A DNA stretch of 64,000 bases from the NCBI RefSeq assembly GCF_041956535.1, contig NW_027192192.1, positions 1,119,796-1,183,795 on the forward strand, in the 5' to 3' direction. The position numbers and the translations under genes are program-made. The notes below the pieces were generated by a model. The model saw only the letters and a program-made list of their open reading frames with translations. It was not told the origin of the DNA and made no database searches. Below are positions 1 through 13,324 of the stretch, piece after piece (the stretch's first letter is position 1; the number at the start of each line of letters is the position of its first letter). This DNA comes from Calcarisporiella thermophila CBS 279.70 (Eukaryota > Fungi > Calcarisporiellomycota).

Positions 1-2842
1 ATGGCAATAAGGGGCATATCCAGCGGAAAAATTCATTTTACGACATGAATGCTCCCAATCCGGTGGTGGATTCAGGCGTGTCGGTGCGCTCGTCCTTTTC
101 AATGAACGGAAGCCCGGCAAGTCTCGCCAACAAACAGCCCCGCCTTAGCCAAAGCACGGAGCTATCAGCGCAAAGCCAGGTCTTGGATACAAAGCTCTAC
201 ACGGTCATGCTGGTCACCTGCTATTCCGAGGGGGAGGAGGGTCTGCGAACCACTTTGGACTCACTCGCAGCAACCACCTATTCCCCCAAGCACAAGATGT
301 TCTTCATCGTATGCGACGGAATTATTACTGGTTCGGGGAACAGCAAAAGTACGCCGGACTTGGTCATAGATATGCTCACCTTTGAGGATGGTATGCGGGA
401 TCCGAAGCCGTGCTCCTACGTTGCTATCGCGGATGGTGAGAAACAACACAACATGGCCAAAGTGGTAAGTGTGGCGGCCTATTTTTCTATCGCTACCTTT
501 TTAATTTCCACTAACCAACCCCCTTCCTCTCCTCCTCTCTCAAATCCGTAATCAATCAGTATGCCGGCCATTACGTGTACAATGATATGTGGGTTCCAGC
601 CGTCTGCGTGGTCAAGTGTGGTTCTCCTGCAGAGGCCACGGCACCTAAACCGGGTAACCGTGGCAAGCGTGACTCCCAAGTCATCTTAATGGCATTTTTC
701 CAGCGCGTTCTGTTCAACGACCGCATGACCGAGCTTGATTACGAAATCTTCTGGAAGATTACATGGCTGATGGGAGGAGTCACTCCTGACAAGTTCGAGA
801 TTGTGCTCATGGTCGATGCGGACACCAAGGTCATGCCGAATTCGCTCGACGCTATGGTTGCCGCAATGGTCAACGATGTAACGATCATGGGACTATGCGG
901 GGAGACTCGTATCGCCAACAAACGTCAGACATGGGTAACCATGATCCAGGTGTTCGAGTACTACATCAATCACCATTATGCAAAAGCGTTCGAGTCCGTG
1001 TTCGGTGGCGTCACTTGCTTGCCCGGGTGCTTCTGCATGTACCGAATTAAAGCGCCCAAAAATGGCGCCTGGGTTCCGATTCTGGCTAACCCAGACATCC
1101 TGCTGGAGTACAACCAGAACGTGGTCACGACGCTTCACGCCAAGAATCTCCTCCTGCTTGGGGAGGATCGTTTCCTCTCCACCCTCATGCTCCGCACCTT
1201 CCCCAAACGACAGATGCTCTTTGTTCCCCAGGCAATATGCAAAACGGTGGTCCCCGACACGTTTAGCGTCCTTCTTTCGCAGCGCCGAAGATGGATCAAC
1301 TCCACCATCCATAATCTCATGGAGCTGGTGCTCGTCTCCGATCTCTGCGGTATCGCATGTCTCTCCATGCAGTTCGCCGTGTTTGTCGAGTTGGTAGGCA
1401 CCATCGTGCTACCCGCCGCCATCACCTTTACCGGGTGGCTTATTCTCTCCTCCTTCATCATTGCGCCGCAGACAATCCCGCTGCTGCTGCTGGCAGCCGT
1501 TCTAGGATTACCTGGATTGCTTATTGTGATCACGACACGGAAACTTGTCTATGTTGGCTGGATGTTGGGTAAACTCTCTTTTCCAATCTTCCGTCTTCGC
1601 TAAGACCAGTTGGGATATTGGGTGCTAACATTTTTTTTCCTTCCTTTCTTTTTAGTCTACTTGCTCGCATTACCCATATGGAATTGCGTCCTTCCCATCT
1701 ACGCCTATTGGCATTTTGATGACTTCTCCTGGGGTCAAACCCGAAAAGTTCAAGGCGAGACTGGAAAGGACGACCACGGCAAAAAAGAGGGCGAGTTTGA
1801 CTCCTCAAATATAGCAATGAAGAAGTGGGAGGAGTGGGAGCGTGAGCGGCTCGGTATGCAGAAACCTGCGCGACCCTTGACAATGCGTCAGAGTATGTTT
1901 GTGGATGCGTTCGGTGCGGGCAAAGGCGCCGAGTTTTTGACCTTGCCGGGAACGGGTCCAGGCAGCCTACGACCATTGTCCCACACATATAGCACCAATA
2001 GCATGCTGTTGACGCCTGAGATGTTGAACGGTGGGATGAATGGGCTGGGAATGCAGCCGGGGCTAGCAGGTGTTGGCGGCATGCCCACGACAAACGGTGC
2101 CAGTGCCGGGCGATACGTGCCTTCACGGTCCCCACGACTTGCGAGATCCGGGGCAGGTGAGCCGGGCGCGACCGCCTCCATATACGGCGGGCGGATGAGC
2201 ACATATGGGGGCGGATTGGCCCCCTCGCTCTTTGGAAATCGCATGAGTACTTATGGCGGCGGTTCCTCCCCCTCGCTCTTTGGAAACCGAATGAGCACCT
2301 ATGGAGGCAACTCGACCCCTTCGCTCTACGGAAGTAGAATCAGCACCTATCTCTCCCCTCGAAATCCTTCGCGACTCTCCGTCTTCCCCGCCAGCCGCCC
2401 GGTGGTAAGCTCGGCCAACGGGCGAACCAGTGCTCTCATGCCCGGTATCCCGATGCACCCGATGCCCTCGCCGGTGTCCTCCGACGGCGAGCCCCTGGAC
2501 CACGCGACATCCCTTACCATCGGCAATCACCGAAGAAACTCTCGGACGATGCTCCTCAGCTCGCCCACCGGTGACGATGAGGATGAGTCGGGACCGCTGG
2601 AGGATGAGCCGCTGGACGCCAATACCAGCGTGGGCTCGATGGGCACGTGGGGGCCGCCGCCCTCCGTGCAGGGACCCTACTCTAGTTATGATGTGGAGAA
2701 CACCTCCTATGATACCTCGTCCACCTACTACAGCAGTGAGGTCTATACTCCGGACGGAGTGGGCGTAGCCGTCGACCCCTCAACCTACTACCACCAGCAT
2801 TACGACAATGGCCGGCCAACGCCGGATGCATCCAGGAGATAG
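1..2842 (+). CDS. Chitin synthase, class IV (Chs3-like), 3' part; introns 465-559 and 1569-1655
   Basis: Motifs [38 protein letters not shown] and [13 protein letters not shown] introns join three ORFs in frame. The 5' end lies outside the window. Confidence 0.95.
2176..2350 (+). repeat. Coding tandem repeat, 48 bp/16 aa unit, about 3.5 copies, in the chitin synthase C-terminal tail
   Basis: [58 protein letters not shown]. Confidence 0.9.
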
Positions 2843-3324
2843 TAATTCATGATTTTTTTTTTGCTTTGACATTTCATCCACTTGCTTCCTAGAGTCATAC
2901 CTCCGCTTTCTTCTAAAATTTAACTCTCCTCTTCGCTCCTAATTGTTCATACCTTCTTCCCTCTATATATTCTATTTTATCCTATTTTTATTAATTTTTT
3001 TTTCTATCTAAAACTGTGAGGATAACCTCTGTTTGTTTCTATTTTGTTATTCTATTTACTCTACTTATTATTCCTTAGCTTTTTTTTTCCTTCTTTTCAT
3101 TCACTCTTTTCACTCTTGCCTTTCTTTTCTTTTGCCTTCTATCTGTAAAAGATTTACTTTTTGAATCATCCGAATATATATAATTTTATATAAGAAAAAA
3201 CAATCATATTTTCAAAAAAGGCTGTGACGTTTGTTTGTACAAATATTACAAGAAATCTGGAAAATATGAGTTCGTGTGTCAGGAGGTATTGCTAACTACA
3301 AAAAAAGGAAGAAGAGTAAAAGGT

Positions 3325-6300
3325 TCAAGCTAGGCTCTCGCCGAAGACCCCGCGGTAGAGGACGCGGGTGCATTCCTCGTAGAGCCGAGGGTTGTGGTCG
3401 CCGAACATCGAGCTGGCGAAATTGATCTCGCCAAACCGCGTCAAATCGTCGCACCGAGTAAGCACCACGCGGTATCCTTGCTCCGTGGTGGTGGTCGTGG
3501 TGGTCTTCGTGCTCTCGACGCCTGCGCCGCTCTTGGCGCTGGCCTTGGGGGGCGGTGCGGGCGGGTGCGAGGTGGGGTGGATCAGGACCGGGACCCGCTC
3601 CATGATATAGGCTTGCAAGGGGGGATAGAGCTTCTCGCTCTGCATCTGCGCGCGCAGTGTCTTGATCAACGACCAGCAGAAGTCGCGGGTGTGCGCGTCC
3701 TCATCGTCTTCATGCTCTTGCGTGGAAACAACGCTCATCTCGGCCTCTCCACCGCCGCCCTCCATCTCGACGGGTGTCGTGGTGGTTGATGTGTTCTGCG
3801 CCCTCTTGCGATACAGCCCAATCGCCTTCCCGACTGCCTCACGGGCAACGGCGGGCTCCGCCTCAAGCGCCGCGGCCACGCTCTTGAAGTCTCGGAGCAT
3901 CCCCAGGGAGAGGTTGCACACCACGTCGTTGCCGTGGCACACCATGGTGACCAGGCCCGCCGTGTACTTGGCCAGCTCCCAGCTGGCAACACACGGGCAC
4001 CCATACGCGAACACGTGGACGGGTCTCCCGGGGGGCAGGCCCGATTCCATGCTCGTCACGAAGCCCTGTTGAGAGCTGTTAGGGGACTGCGGGGGGGATG
4101 GGGAGGTGGAGGAGAGGTATTCGCTGATGGGGATGGTCCACTGCACCGCCATGAGGGCCGCCACTCCTCCGCCCAGCGAATGGCCCGTAAGGACAAGGCC
4201 GTAGCGGGGATAGGCTTTGAGGCCATCTCGAACCGCCTCGAGAACGCTGCTGCGCGCCCCCGCAAGGACCTTGGCGTTGCGGAGCATGCCAGCGTGGGCA
4301 TAGAACTTGTGGCCGCGCAGTTCCAACTCTTCGGACTCGCAAGTCAAATCCTATATGAGCAAAAGAAAGGGGGAGGGAAGGTTAGCCCGTTCTTGGCAAA
4401 TAGCGGGGATAAGATGAGTTCCAGACATTACCGTCAGCACATCACTCAGGCCAAGTGTCCCTCTCAGGGTAAGCACAATTGCTTGGGCCTCATGATCCAC
4501 CACCACATAGTAGACGAGGGGGTGCATTCGAGGCGAGTTGAACGCCGTCTGCTCCAGGAACGACGAATGGAGCACCTGATCGATGCGGATGTGGGCATGG
4601 TGCGCAAACGAATGATGGTTCGGAGGGTACACGCTCTTGGGTAACGGGTGGGCCTTGCCGAGGCCAAGGATGGAGAGCAGCCGGTGGCCGTAGGCTGCGG
4701 ATGAATATCGCATGAAGCGCGCGATGCTCCGAACCAGATGCTCACGCGGATAGAGATGCTCTTCGGTGCGCACGGCGTTCGTGATGCTTCGCGTGACGCT
4801 GCGGAGCGAGGTGATGGACTGGGTGCGACGACGGCCGTGCGAGGAGTTGGACGGAGGGGGCGGGAGCTGCTTAGACGCATGCGTCAGCTCTCTCCCGGCG
4901 GAGTGGATAGAGGTGTCCGGGGGGCGATCCCTCGACTTTTTCCGCTGGGTCGCAGGGCTCCCGTCGGTGCCCGCTCCCACCATGGAGGACAGGGCTTTGG
5001 GGAGCGGCGGGAGCTTCCCCTTTCCCTTCCCCCTACCGGGCATTTTGAACGCCCCCAAAAACGGCCGCCTCTGTTTCTCCGGGGAGGACTCGTATCCCCG
5101 AAGATGCTCCTCGTCCTCGTCGGCCTCCTCGATTCGCTCGCGCATCTCGTGGATGGACTCCTCCGACTGTGTCAGCGTGGTGGAGCGAGTGTTGGTATCA
5201 TCCGCCATCGAGGAATACTGCTCCCGCACAATACGCTTCTTCGTCAGCTTCTTTGTGACACTGGAGAGGATGACCTTGAGTTTCTTGTCGGACTTGCGCG
5301 TAGAAGTCTTCAAGTTTTGGAAGTCGCTGGAGTTGCTCGTGCTGTTTCGACTATGGTTGCTGGAAATCGCGAGCTGTTTCTTGCGGTTCTCGGCGGTGGG
5401 CACGTCAGGCAACTCCTTCGAGTCGATGGATGACGAGGCGGAAGAGGGCGCAATCGTGGAAACGGTGGGGGTGAGGGAGGCTGAAGAGGATACTGTCGAG
5501 GTTGGGTTCAAACTGGCCAGATAGTGCTCCACCTCCTCTTGCTCCTGAGTCGCCATCACAACCTGAATGTTGGGCTGCCACTCCAGCCCATCGCGCAATT
5601 CACCTCCGTCGCGCATCGAAGCGAGGGCTAAAAACTCCGACTGCGCGGGGCGAATCTGTGTACTCTTCACTTGGTAGGTGCGCGTCGTCGTCACCACCTC
5701 ATACAAAGGGGCCAGTATGGCTTGGACGCTATCGATATCGCCGTTATTGTTCGCAGCTCCCACCGATTCGCCCAGAATGCGTTCGAGCTCGCACAGCACG
5801 TCACGCTGGTGGAGGATATCAATGGCCTCGGGGACCTCAGAGCCATTAGTGGATGAATCGGCAATCGGCGCCTTGCTACTCTCCTCCTCCTCGTTGGAGG
5901 AGTCGAGGGGCGTGGTGGTGGTCTCCTCGACAGCTTCTCTCTCGGTGACCACAAAACAATCGAACAGAACCGTGGTGCGCAGCTGCTTTTTCGTGCGCCG
6001 ATGCGTGACCGCTTGCAAGCATGCAAAGGTAATAAGTGCTTGGGTCACTGCTGCGAGGATGCCAAGGCTGCTTTTTGTCGCCAGGGTTGCGTCGTCAATG
6101 CTAATTTCGCGGCGCACAAGGCTAACGAATGCAGAGATGGCGCGTGAGGTATCGGTGCTACCAAAAAGTCCATCGAAAATACGCACTGATTCCTCTGCGG
6201 CCTGCAATGCGAAGGGGAAAGATTAGAAATGCATTTTGGTTCACAATATAGGACCATTGGGTACAGTTTAGCAAAATCATTGTGAGAAAATAAAACCATA

Positions 6301-6777
6301 ATTCTTACCCCAAATCCAGTTTTGACAGCATTTGCAGTAAGCTGGATGCCGGTAATTGCGAGTAATTCTGCCAAGCTGAAGCTGTGATATATCAGATAGC
6401 TACCCAGGGTCGTGTAGTGGTCTAGCACTTTGAGGTAAGGATTTCTAAAACATTAAGAGGAGCAAAATTCAATTCCATGAACTCACTTTTTTTCCAAAAA
6501 AAAAATGGAAAATAAAAAATACGCACGATGAGCCATCTTCGGACGGATTTCCCCTATTCAGATATTTTGCGGCTATTATTGCTGACTCTAATGCCTTTCT
6601 GCCGATTCCCAACGAGATGCTTGTAGAGAGCTTAGTCGCCTCCAGCAGAGCCTCAGTTATGAGGGCCGAAGTGCGCAGTGACACGCGGGTAACAATCGAA
6701 AGGGAGGATATAAGCGAGGCAATATTTTCTGGTAATAGGTATGGATGTTCAGAGGTATTTCTTAGTTGTAATGCCAT
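3325..6777 (-). CDS. Lipase class 3 (DAG-lipase-like) protein with long low-complexity N-terminal region, multi-exon
   Basis: YYVVVDHEAQAIVLTLRGTLGLSDVLT, HAGML and the GHSLGGG nucleophile elbow. ORFs 6469-6777, 6045-6428, 4351-6207 and 3325-4347 can be joined by GT-AG introns. Confidence 0.88.
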
Positions 6778-8311
6778 GGATTAGGGTGATAATGGTGAAC
6801 TGTTCTAAAGAAATGAAAAGCACCACTAAATAACAAAAAAAAGTGAATTCCTGTGGCTCATTTTCCAAATCGAACCAAATTGCATATCTACTCTTTCATG
6901 TGGATAGGTTCAAGTTGTTGGGGAAAGGGGGTATTGGCCTCTTCCAAAAAAAATTCAAATATGACATATCCACGGCGTAGGGCCCAATTCGAATCATGAT
7001 TCTAGGATCTTTTATTCTATTTCATCCATCTCTTATTTAATAACTATTTAAACAACAGATACTAATCTGACCCCTCCCCCCTCTTTTCCCTCCCATCAAC
7101 GAAAAATAAAATAATCCCATAGTAGTAGGATTCAATAAAATAAAATATAGAGTTATGACCGTGAGCGTATAGATTTCACGATTAGCCGGCTTCCATAAAC
7201 GCATTATGGTTGAGGCGTCAAGTGAAAAGCAAAAATAAGGGATGTGACTACGAAATTTACCCATGCCTGTCTAAATAAAGAAACATTTCACACTTCTTGC
7301 TGGACTTGCTCAATATTAAGGGAGTGGATGCCTTCATAGCAATGAAAGGGTATTTAATCCGTGAAAGTGGTGTGAGATCCCACCCTAATGACATCCCGGT
7401 ACGTTGACGTACTCTATAACTGGAAGATAGATTAGGGCATTCAATATGGGCGTGTGAGTGAAGGACCGAACTAGAAACAACCTTAAACTCGCCTTCGTAT
7501 AGATTAATTTATTGCTGCAGCTTGAAAGCATCGCCAATTGTTCGAGGCCTAATAAGAAAGAATAAATATCAATTGCTTCTCAGTTTACAAAATATATATA
7601 TCACTGAAACCCAGTTTCCCTATAGCAAAATTATAAAGATTCCTCTAAGAGTTGGGAAAATGTATAGCCGAGTTTTTATCTTTATCTGCTTTTTATAATT
7701 AAGTCAAACTCACCAATTATTCAGATTGGTTAATGCAAGCAAAAATATGAATGGGAGCGGGTCCAAGTACCTCAGTGTTATGACCAACCTTTGTATAAAG
7801 GGTGTACTTAGTCTCGAAAAATCTTTATCTTTGGATACATGCTGCTGCCGAGAGCAAGCAACACCGGCCGAATTCGCAAGGCAAAAAGGATGCTCCGTTT
7901 TTAATCAGTCGAAATTCTCACCGAAAAGTGCCTAGCCATCCTACCCTTATAGTGGTGATACTTTTCTGGGCTGGCGCCTCCTGCCAACACGAGCATACCA
8001 CATTCATAGATAGAGACTAATCAATGTTTTGTTTTAATTATAAATCCATCTTCGTGAATATATAAATAGAAAACAAGGTGAATAACAAAAACCACCTAAT
8101 ATCATACATGAATATATGCATATAAAAATTGTCACAAACAATAAAAATAATATATATTTATATGAATGGCCCGTATTTTATCATCGCCAATAGACCTTCC
8201 CCATTTGGCGGACAGCCTCAACGTCACCAATCGCGTTTTTGGTTCCAAAGTACATACCCTGCCATCTAATCTCAATTAGGTTTCCATCGATAATCACGCC
8301 AACCGTCGTGA

Positions 8312-9487
8312 TTATAATACGAAATCTCTGTCACCGATTAAGGAAGGTACTTTCTGTTCTCCCAACGAAGGCATAAAGCACTCAGACGCCGGAGAGGCTA
8401 GTATGGGCATGTCATCGTGGATGAAATCCACGGTCTCGTTTTGGTCCTGTAAATGGCTCTTGTCCGACAGCTCCCTACTGTCGATCGACTTCGAGGACTC
8501 TTTGCTGTTCATATTTGGGATATCCTCCGCACGATCTGAAGGGAAGGTTTCTTCAACTTTTTTACGGTAATTGTGAGCCGATTCCCAGAGGTCGCCAACC
8601 TCGACGCTCGTGTTCAGGTCAGCAAAGGCGCGGCAGAGAGGGCAAAGAAAATTAGAGTGGTGCACTAAAAGAGGGCGAATACATCTGAAGTGGAAAGCAT
8701 GAGAACACGGGGCTATAAAAATGGCTTGGAGAGGGCCAATGGTATAGAGGCAAACGCAGCAGTCGAGGGTTCCAGAGGTAGACGATGAGGGGTTAATGAG
8801 ATTAGCGGGATCCATTTGTTTGAGGAGATTTTGGAATTGCGCGATCCTAGGAAACACGGGTTAAAAATAAATGGTGGAGCGGAAATCGGGGGAAAGTCTG
8901 TTCAAGCTCTTACTTGTAGGAGTTGAGTTGATCCTGGTGATCCTGTTTAACCTCTATTCTTATTTTGACGCAACGATAGACCTCTGATAAATTGCGAAGG
9001 GGTCAATACCTCTGGCAACACAACCTACAATCTAGATTTATTGATGGGTACCTTCAAGTCCCCCTCTGTAGTCTACGCCGAGCCGGATAATATCCCCATC
9101 TCTGATAGGAAGGGGCTTGCTTTCGGTCTTTGGAGGAGACAGGCGAACGTGATTTAAAAAAGTGCCAGAGGAAGAGCCCACATCTCTTATGAAAAGCTAT
9201 GAAACGGAGGGGGTGGAAAAGGGAATCAAGGACATGAGCATGAAGGAATGCATGTGTCAATTACGAAATCAACTCACATTTCCTTGTTCAAGCCATATCT
9301 CGGCATGGTTGCGGGAGACTACTTTACTCCGGAACATTACATTGTGATTAAGGACGCGTGCGAAACGGCCAATCCGGATTATTGCACCGGATGTCAACTG
9401 TTTCTCAATGGGGTCAAAATGAAAGGCAGGAGAGCCATCTGAATGCGGCACAAGACGCAGAGACAGCTGGCCGCCGCTAACCGACAT
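8312..9487 (-). CDS. FHA + RING-H2 E3 ubiquitin ligase, Dma1/Dma2 family (start uncertain)
   Basis: FHA motif IGRF...FRSKVVSRNHAEIW and RING-H2 CCVCL...APCSHAFHFRCIRPLL...FLCPLCR, spread over several short exons. Confidence 0.88.
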
Positions 9488-10505
9488 TGGGGGAGCGAGC
9501 TGAAATGCAGACTTAACGGGTTGGATTCAATAGGAGGAAACACGAGCAGAGAGGAGGGCAGGGCCAAACAAGTTAGAATACCGCCGTAAGTGCCACCGCT
9601 TTCTTCTTGTGGCTCCCCTAGCTGTTTCTCCTCGTTTTATGCGCCAGAAATCCTCACCTTTCTCCCCCTGACCTACCAACCGCCATATTAGGAAACAAAT
9701 TAAAAATTCTAAAGCAGGGGGGCAGGCATAGTCACGGCTAGCCTGTTCCCTCATGCTCTTCCTCTCCCCTCTATTGCCGATGTTTTGACCCTCGAAATTT
9801 GGCCTCTTTGGACAAGCTTGACAAGGATTTAAGCTGGGCATCTGGTTTCGGCCATGCGCGAATGTTTATTTTCAATTACCTCTCCTCTGATCTCGCACGG
9901 CTTTCGGTGGCTTCAAAGGTGAAATGAACCCGTTTCTTTTGGTTGAATAAAAAAACGCCTGGCGACGACACTTATCGCCCGATGCTTTGATCTTTTTGGA
10001 GAATATGGCCCTCAGAAAATGCTTAGGTTATGAAAATGACCGGTATTACTCGTGGTAAAGTTCTTTGTACGAAGAATTCAAATACTAGCCCTCTTAGGAT
10101 AAGATAACAAATCCAAACTTAATAACCAATGGTAGCTAAATTAATGATTCACTCTCTTTTCTGGGGGGTGAGGGGGAAGTCCAAAAAAGAAGCACATGGA
10201 CGCTAATATCCCATAATAAACAGGCAATTTTTTTGCGCGTTAAAGGCTCTATCGAATACCAGTCAACTTGGTGGGATATAATAACGTGTCAAGGCCTTTC
10301 CTTTTATAACAAAATGACACAATTTTTATTGGGACTTTTCAATGCTGTATATAGCGGAAATAAAATAGGACCTAAAAAAGAACACAGACCAGTAACGAAA
10401 AAATGCAGGTTAACATAGGGATTGGAGGAGAGGAGTTTCCGAAGGTAATAGAACAGTAGCATCTAATAGATAACATAAGTATAAAATATACAAAGGGAGA
10501 TTCAC

Positions 10506-11801
10506 CTAATAATGATGATGGTGATGGTGATGGTGATAACCTCCCTTACGCCCTTGCTTTTGGTAAATTGTATTATCCCCTGGCCCGCTAGCCTTTGTAT
10601 TTGTATTTCTATTTTCTGCGGTGGACGGGCTCGAGTTTACCATGGCGTTGAATAGGGAGATATGGTCTAGAAGGTTAGCACCATTGAGAGAATTATCGAT
10701 GATACCACGCTTCTCAAGCCGATTTCTGTACCAGTGGCGAAGGTAAGCGCCCTCCGGACCTTGTTTATGGAAGCTGGAATTATCGCCGGGGCCGTTCGCC
10801 TTGGTATTTGTATTCTTATTCTCGGAGTGCTGCGGGTTGGAGTTGACGGTTGAATCGAGCAAGGAGATGTGGTCGATGATTTCCGCGTTGCCTAGCGAGT
10901 TATCCAATATGCCACGCTTGCCAATCGTATCTGGCCCATCATCCACTACCTCCTGCTGTAGCATCTCTTGAACCATACGCATCCGCTCTGCCACAATTTC
11001 CTGCTTATTCAGCCCTCCTGCCACCTTTCCGGGCGCGGAGGAGATTGTGTGAGGGGCCGCTAGAGGCTGAGCTTCCTCCGCCAATGCTCTGCGGATGTAT
11101 TGGAATGACGGATTCGCTGGGACATAGACGATATCACCATTGGGGGTGGCGGCGGGATAAGCAGGGACCGCCATTTGGGCCCCGTACATGCGCAAGTTTT
11201 GGTTGGCCGGGTTTGGATAGGCCACATAAGCAGGCTCAAGCGCCGGACGCTGGTAGTAAACGGGTTCGATTTTGTGCTCCGGTTCGTGCTTGTGCTCATG
11301 ATAATAGTGCTCATGGCCTCGCCACCCATGGCCGTGGCCCTTGTAGTAGAATCCCTCGGGCCCGTCTTTTTGGATGGACGAGTTGTCGCCGGGTCCACTG
11401 GATTTTGAGTTGGTGTTGGCGTTGTCGGTCCACTCGCTCTCCGAGTTCAACACGGTGTCGAAAAGATCGAGATGGTCCAGCACGTGCACGTTGTTGAGCG
11501 AGTTGTCTATCAGCCCACGCTTCTCTCGCCAATTGTGCTTGTGCTTGTGCTTGTACCTTCCTTCTCCCAACTGCTTGGAGTAGATTGTATTGTCTCCAAT
11601 CCCATTGGCCTTGGAATTGGTGTTGCGATTCTCACTGGTTTGAGGGTTGGAGTTAACTAAGGCGTTAAAGAGCGAGATATGGCCAAGAATATTCGCATTG
11701 TTGGCGGTATTGTCGAGGAGCCCACGTCTGTGGAAGGGTGCAGTGTGAGCGAGGGTTAAGAGACAAGAGAGCGCAAGGGTAGTCGCAATCGGTGTTTTCA
11801 T
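10506..11801 (-). CDS. Secreted Kex2-processed repeat protein (KEP-like) with four Asn-rich repeats and His-rich tails
   Basis: Intronless 431-aa ORF with a signal peptide. Four repeats start RR/KR-G[LI][LI]DN and contain N.NTN.K..G.GDN. The protein ends in HHHHHHHHY. Confidence 0.9.
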   Translation of the reverse strand: MKTPIATTLALSCLLTLAHTAPFHRRGLLDNTANNANILGHISLFNALVNSNPQTSENRNTNSKANGIGDNTIYSKQLGEGRYKHKHKHNWREKRGLIDNSLNNVHVLDHLDLFDTVLNSESEWTDNANTNSKSSGPGDNSSIQKDGPEGFYYKGHGHGWRGHEHYYHEHKHEPEHKIEPVYYQRPALEPAYVAYPNPANQNLRMYGAQMAVPAYPAATPNGDIVYVPANPSFQYIRRALAEEAQPLAAPHTISSAPGKVAGGLNKQEIVAERMRMVQEMLQQEVVDDGPDTIGKRGILDNSLGNAEIIDHISLLDSTVNSNPQHSENKNTNTKANGPGDNSSFHKQGPEGAYLRHWYRNRLEKRGIIDNSLNGANLLDHISLFNAMVNSSPSTAENRNTNTKASGPGDNTIYQKQGRKGGYHHHHHHHHY

Positions 11802-12802
11802 TTTTCAAAGTCATACATTAATATCTCATAAGGATTTCAATTAGAGCAGAAGATATATTTAAAAATATATATATATAAAGACTATATAAAAAATATATAC
11901 ATGGATTCGTAAGGCACCCTTCCCCGAATATCAAACCTAATGGCTCAAGACTGATGTCGAAGGAGTGAATCGTGTCTAAAAGATGCCGGGCCTTGAATAT
12001 ATAGTTTCCGGTATGAGGAGGGGCATTCTTGAACTTCTCTAGCTCCTCTCCTCAGCTTTTTCCTAAGCGCAAGGAATTCGCTAAAAGCTTTCTGTTATCT
12101 AAACCGGTATGAAAGCAAGCTATGCAGCGCGTCCACACTTGTCCGACTGCTCCATTCATTTGCTGGATGGGAGCTTCTTTCAAGGGGAGGGAGGAGCACG
12201 CTCTCTGCATATTCCTCTTCTCCATCGACTCTACTTTCCTAACTGGGGTCTCGGGCTGATCTCGGAATGTTAATTCCGGGTAAATGAAGCCCTAAAAGGG
12301 CTATAATCGATCTGGAGCCAATGGATCTCGACAGCGAGGAAAAATTCCTCGCGCCGATCGCAGCCTTCGAATCCTCGGACCAAACTTAGCCTCAAGGCCG
12401 AAATCGATGGAGGAAGATAAACTTCTGAAGAAACTGGGAAGGTTTGCATTGAGTGGCACTGCAATCCGGGGAAATGGAATGCTTCGTGGTTAATTTTAGC
12501 AAGTCCATTTTTCCTATATAGAGGTTAAAGATAAAGATCTCAAAGATCCAGGGCGACTTAGAGGAACAATTCGAAAGCTACTAGCTTCTCTAGCATATGA
12601 CCCAAACCGTCTCTCCATGAATCAATGTTTTATTCAAAGGACATGGTGGGGTGCTCCGCACTCATAGTCAGTAGTAAGACGAATTGAATTGAAAGTGAAT
12701 TAGGGCTATTAAGTTGACAGCTGGAAAATAAAAACACATCCACGATATTCGAGAAATGAAAAAAAAAAATAAACATTATATAAACTGAGGTGAAAAAAAT
12801 AC

Positions 12803-13324
12803 TCAACACAAAAACACTATTATTCCTTCGATGAATAAGCCGGCTAAAGCAACAGGCGAAAGCGAAAGGCTCGATGCTGCACTCAGCTGAGTTGCGGATG
12901 CCAACGAGTTACTAACACTCGCCGTCCTGATGGTTCCCATTTCAGTGCCGTAGCCCACCCCTCCAGTACCCGTCGGAACATTTACTGATGTTATACTTGC
13001 ACCACTATTTAAGGCCGAGGTGGAAGCGGCATTAGTTCCAGCCGCCAATTTTTTAGTCCCTTGCTTCGTATTTTTTTTATCCCCGTCGCCCCCTGGTTGT
13101 CCTACAGTCTTTTTGCCGTTGTTGCCCTCTAATTTTTTCTCATTTTTTTTCTCGTTGGGTTTTTTATGTTCATTCGGAGCACCTTCTGCTCGTCTCACAT
13201 GATGATGTTGAGGAAATGAAAGGGATTGAGTAGCAGTTGTGGACTTGGAAAAAACGAACAGCAACAAGCTTAAGATTGTAAGTAGATATTGTGATCGGAT
13301 GTACTTCATTTCAATGCGAAACAA
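12803..13324 (-). CDS. Small secreted, probably GPI-anchored protein (Lys-rich then Ser/Thr/Ala-rich)
   Basis: Hydrophobic N-terminus from MKYIRSQYLLTIL, an RR site, an S/T/A-rich stalk and a hydrophobic C-terminus after SAASS. Confidence 0.75.
   Translation of the reverse strand: MFRIEMKYIRSQYLLTILSLLLFVFSKSTTATQSLSFPQHHHVRRAEGAPNEHKKPNEKKNEKKLEGNNGKKTVGQPGGDGDKKNTKQGTKKLAAGTNAASTSALNSGASITSVNVPTGTGGVGYGTEMGTIRTASVSNSLASATQLSAASSLSLSPVALAGLFIEGIIVFLC

Noticed and set aside
3392-6226. Many long + strand ORFs over the lipase gene
   Set aside because: Antisense shadows of a GC-rich coding region; no motifs of their own
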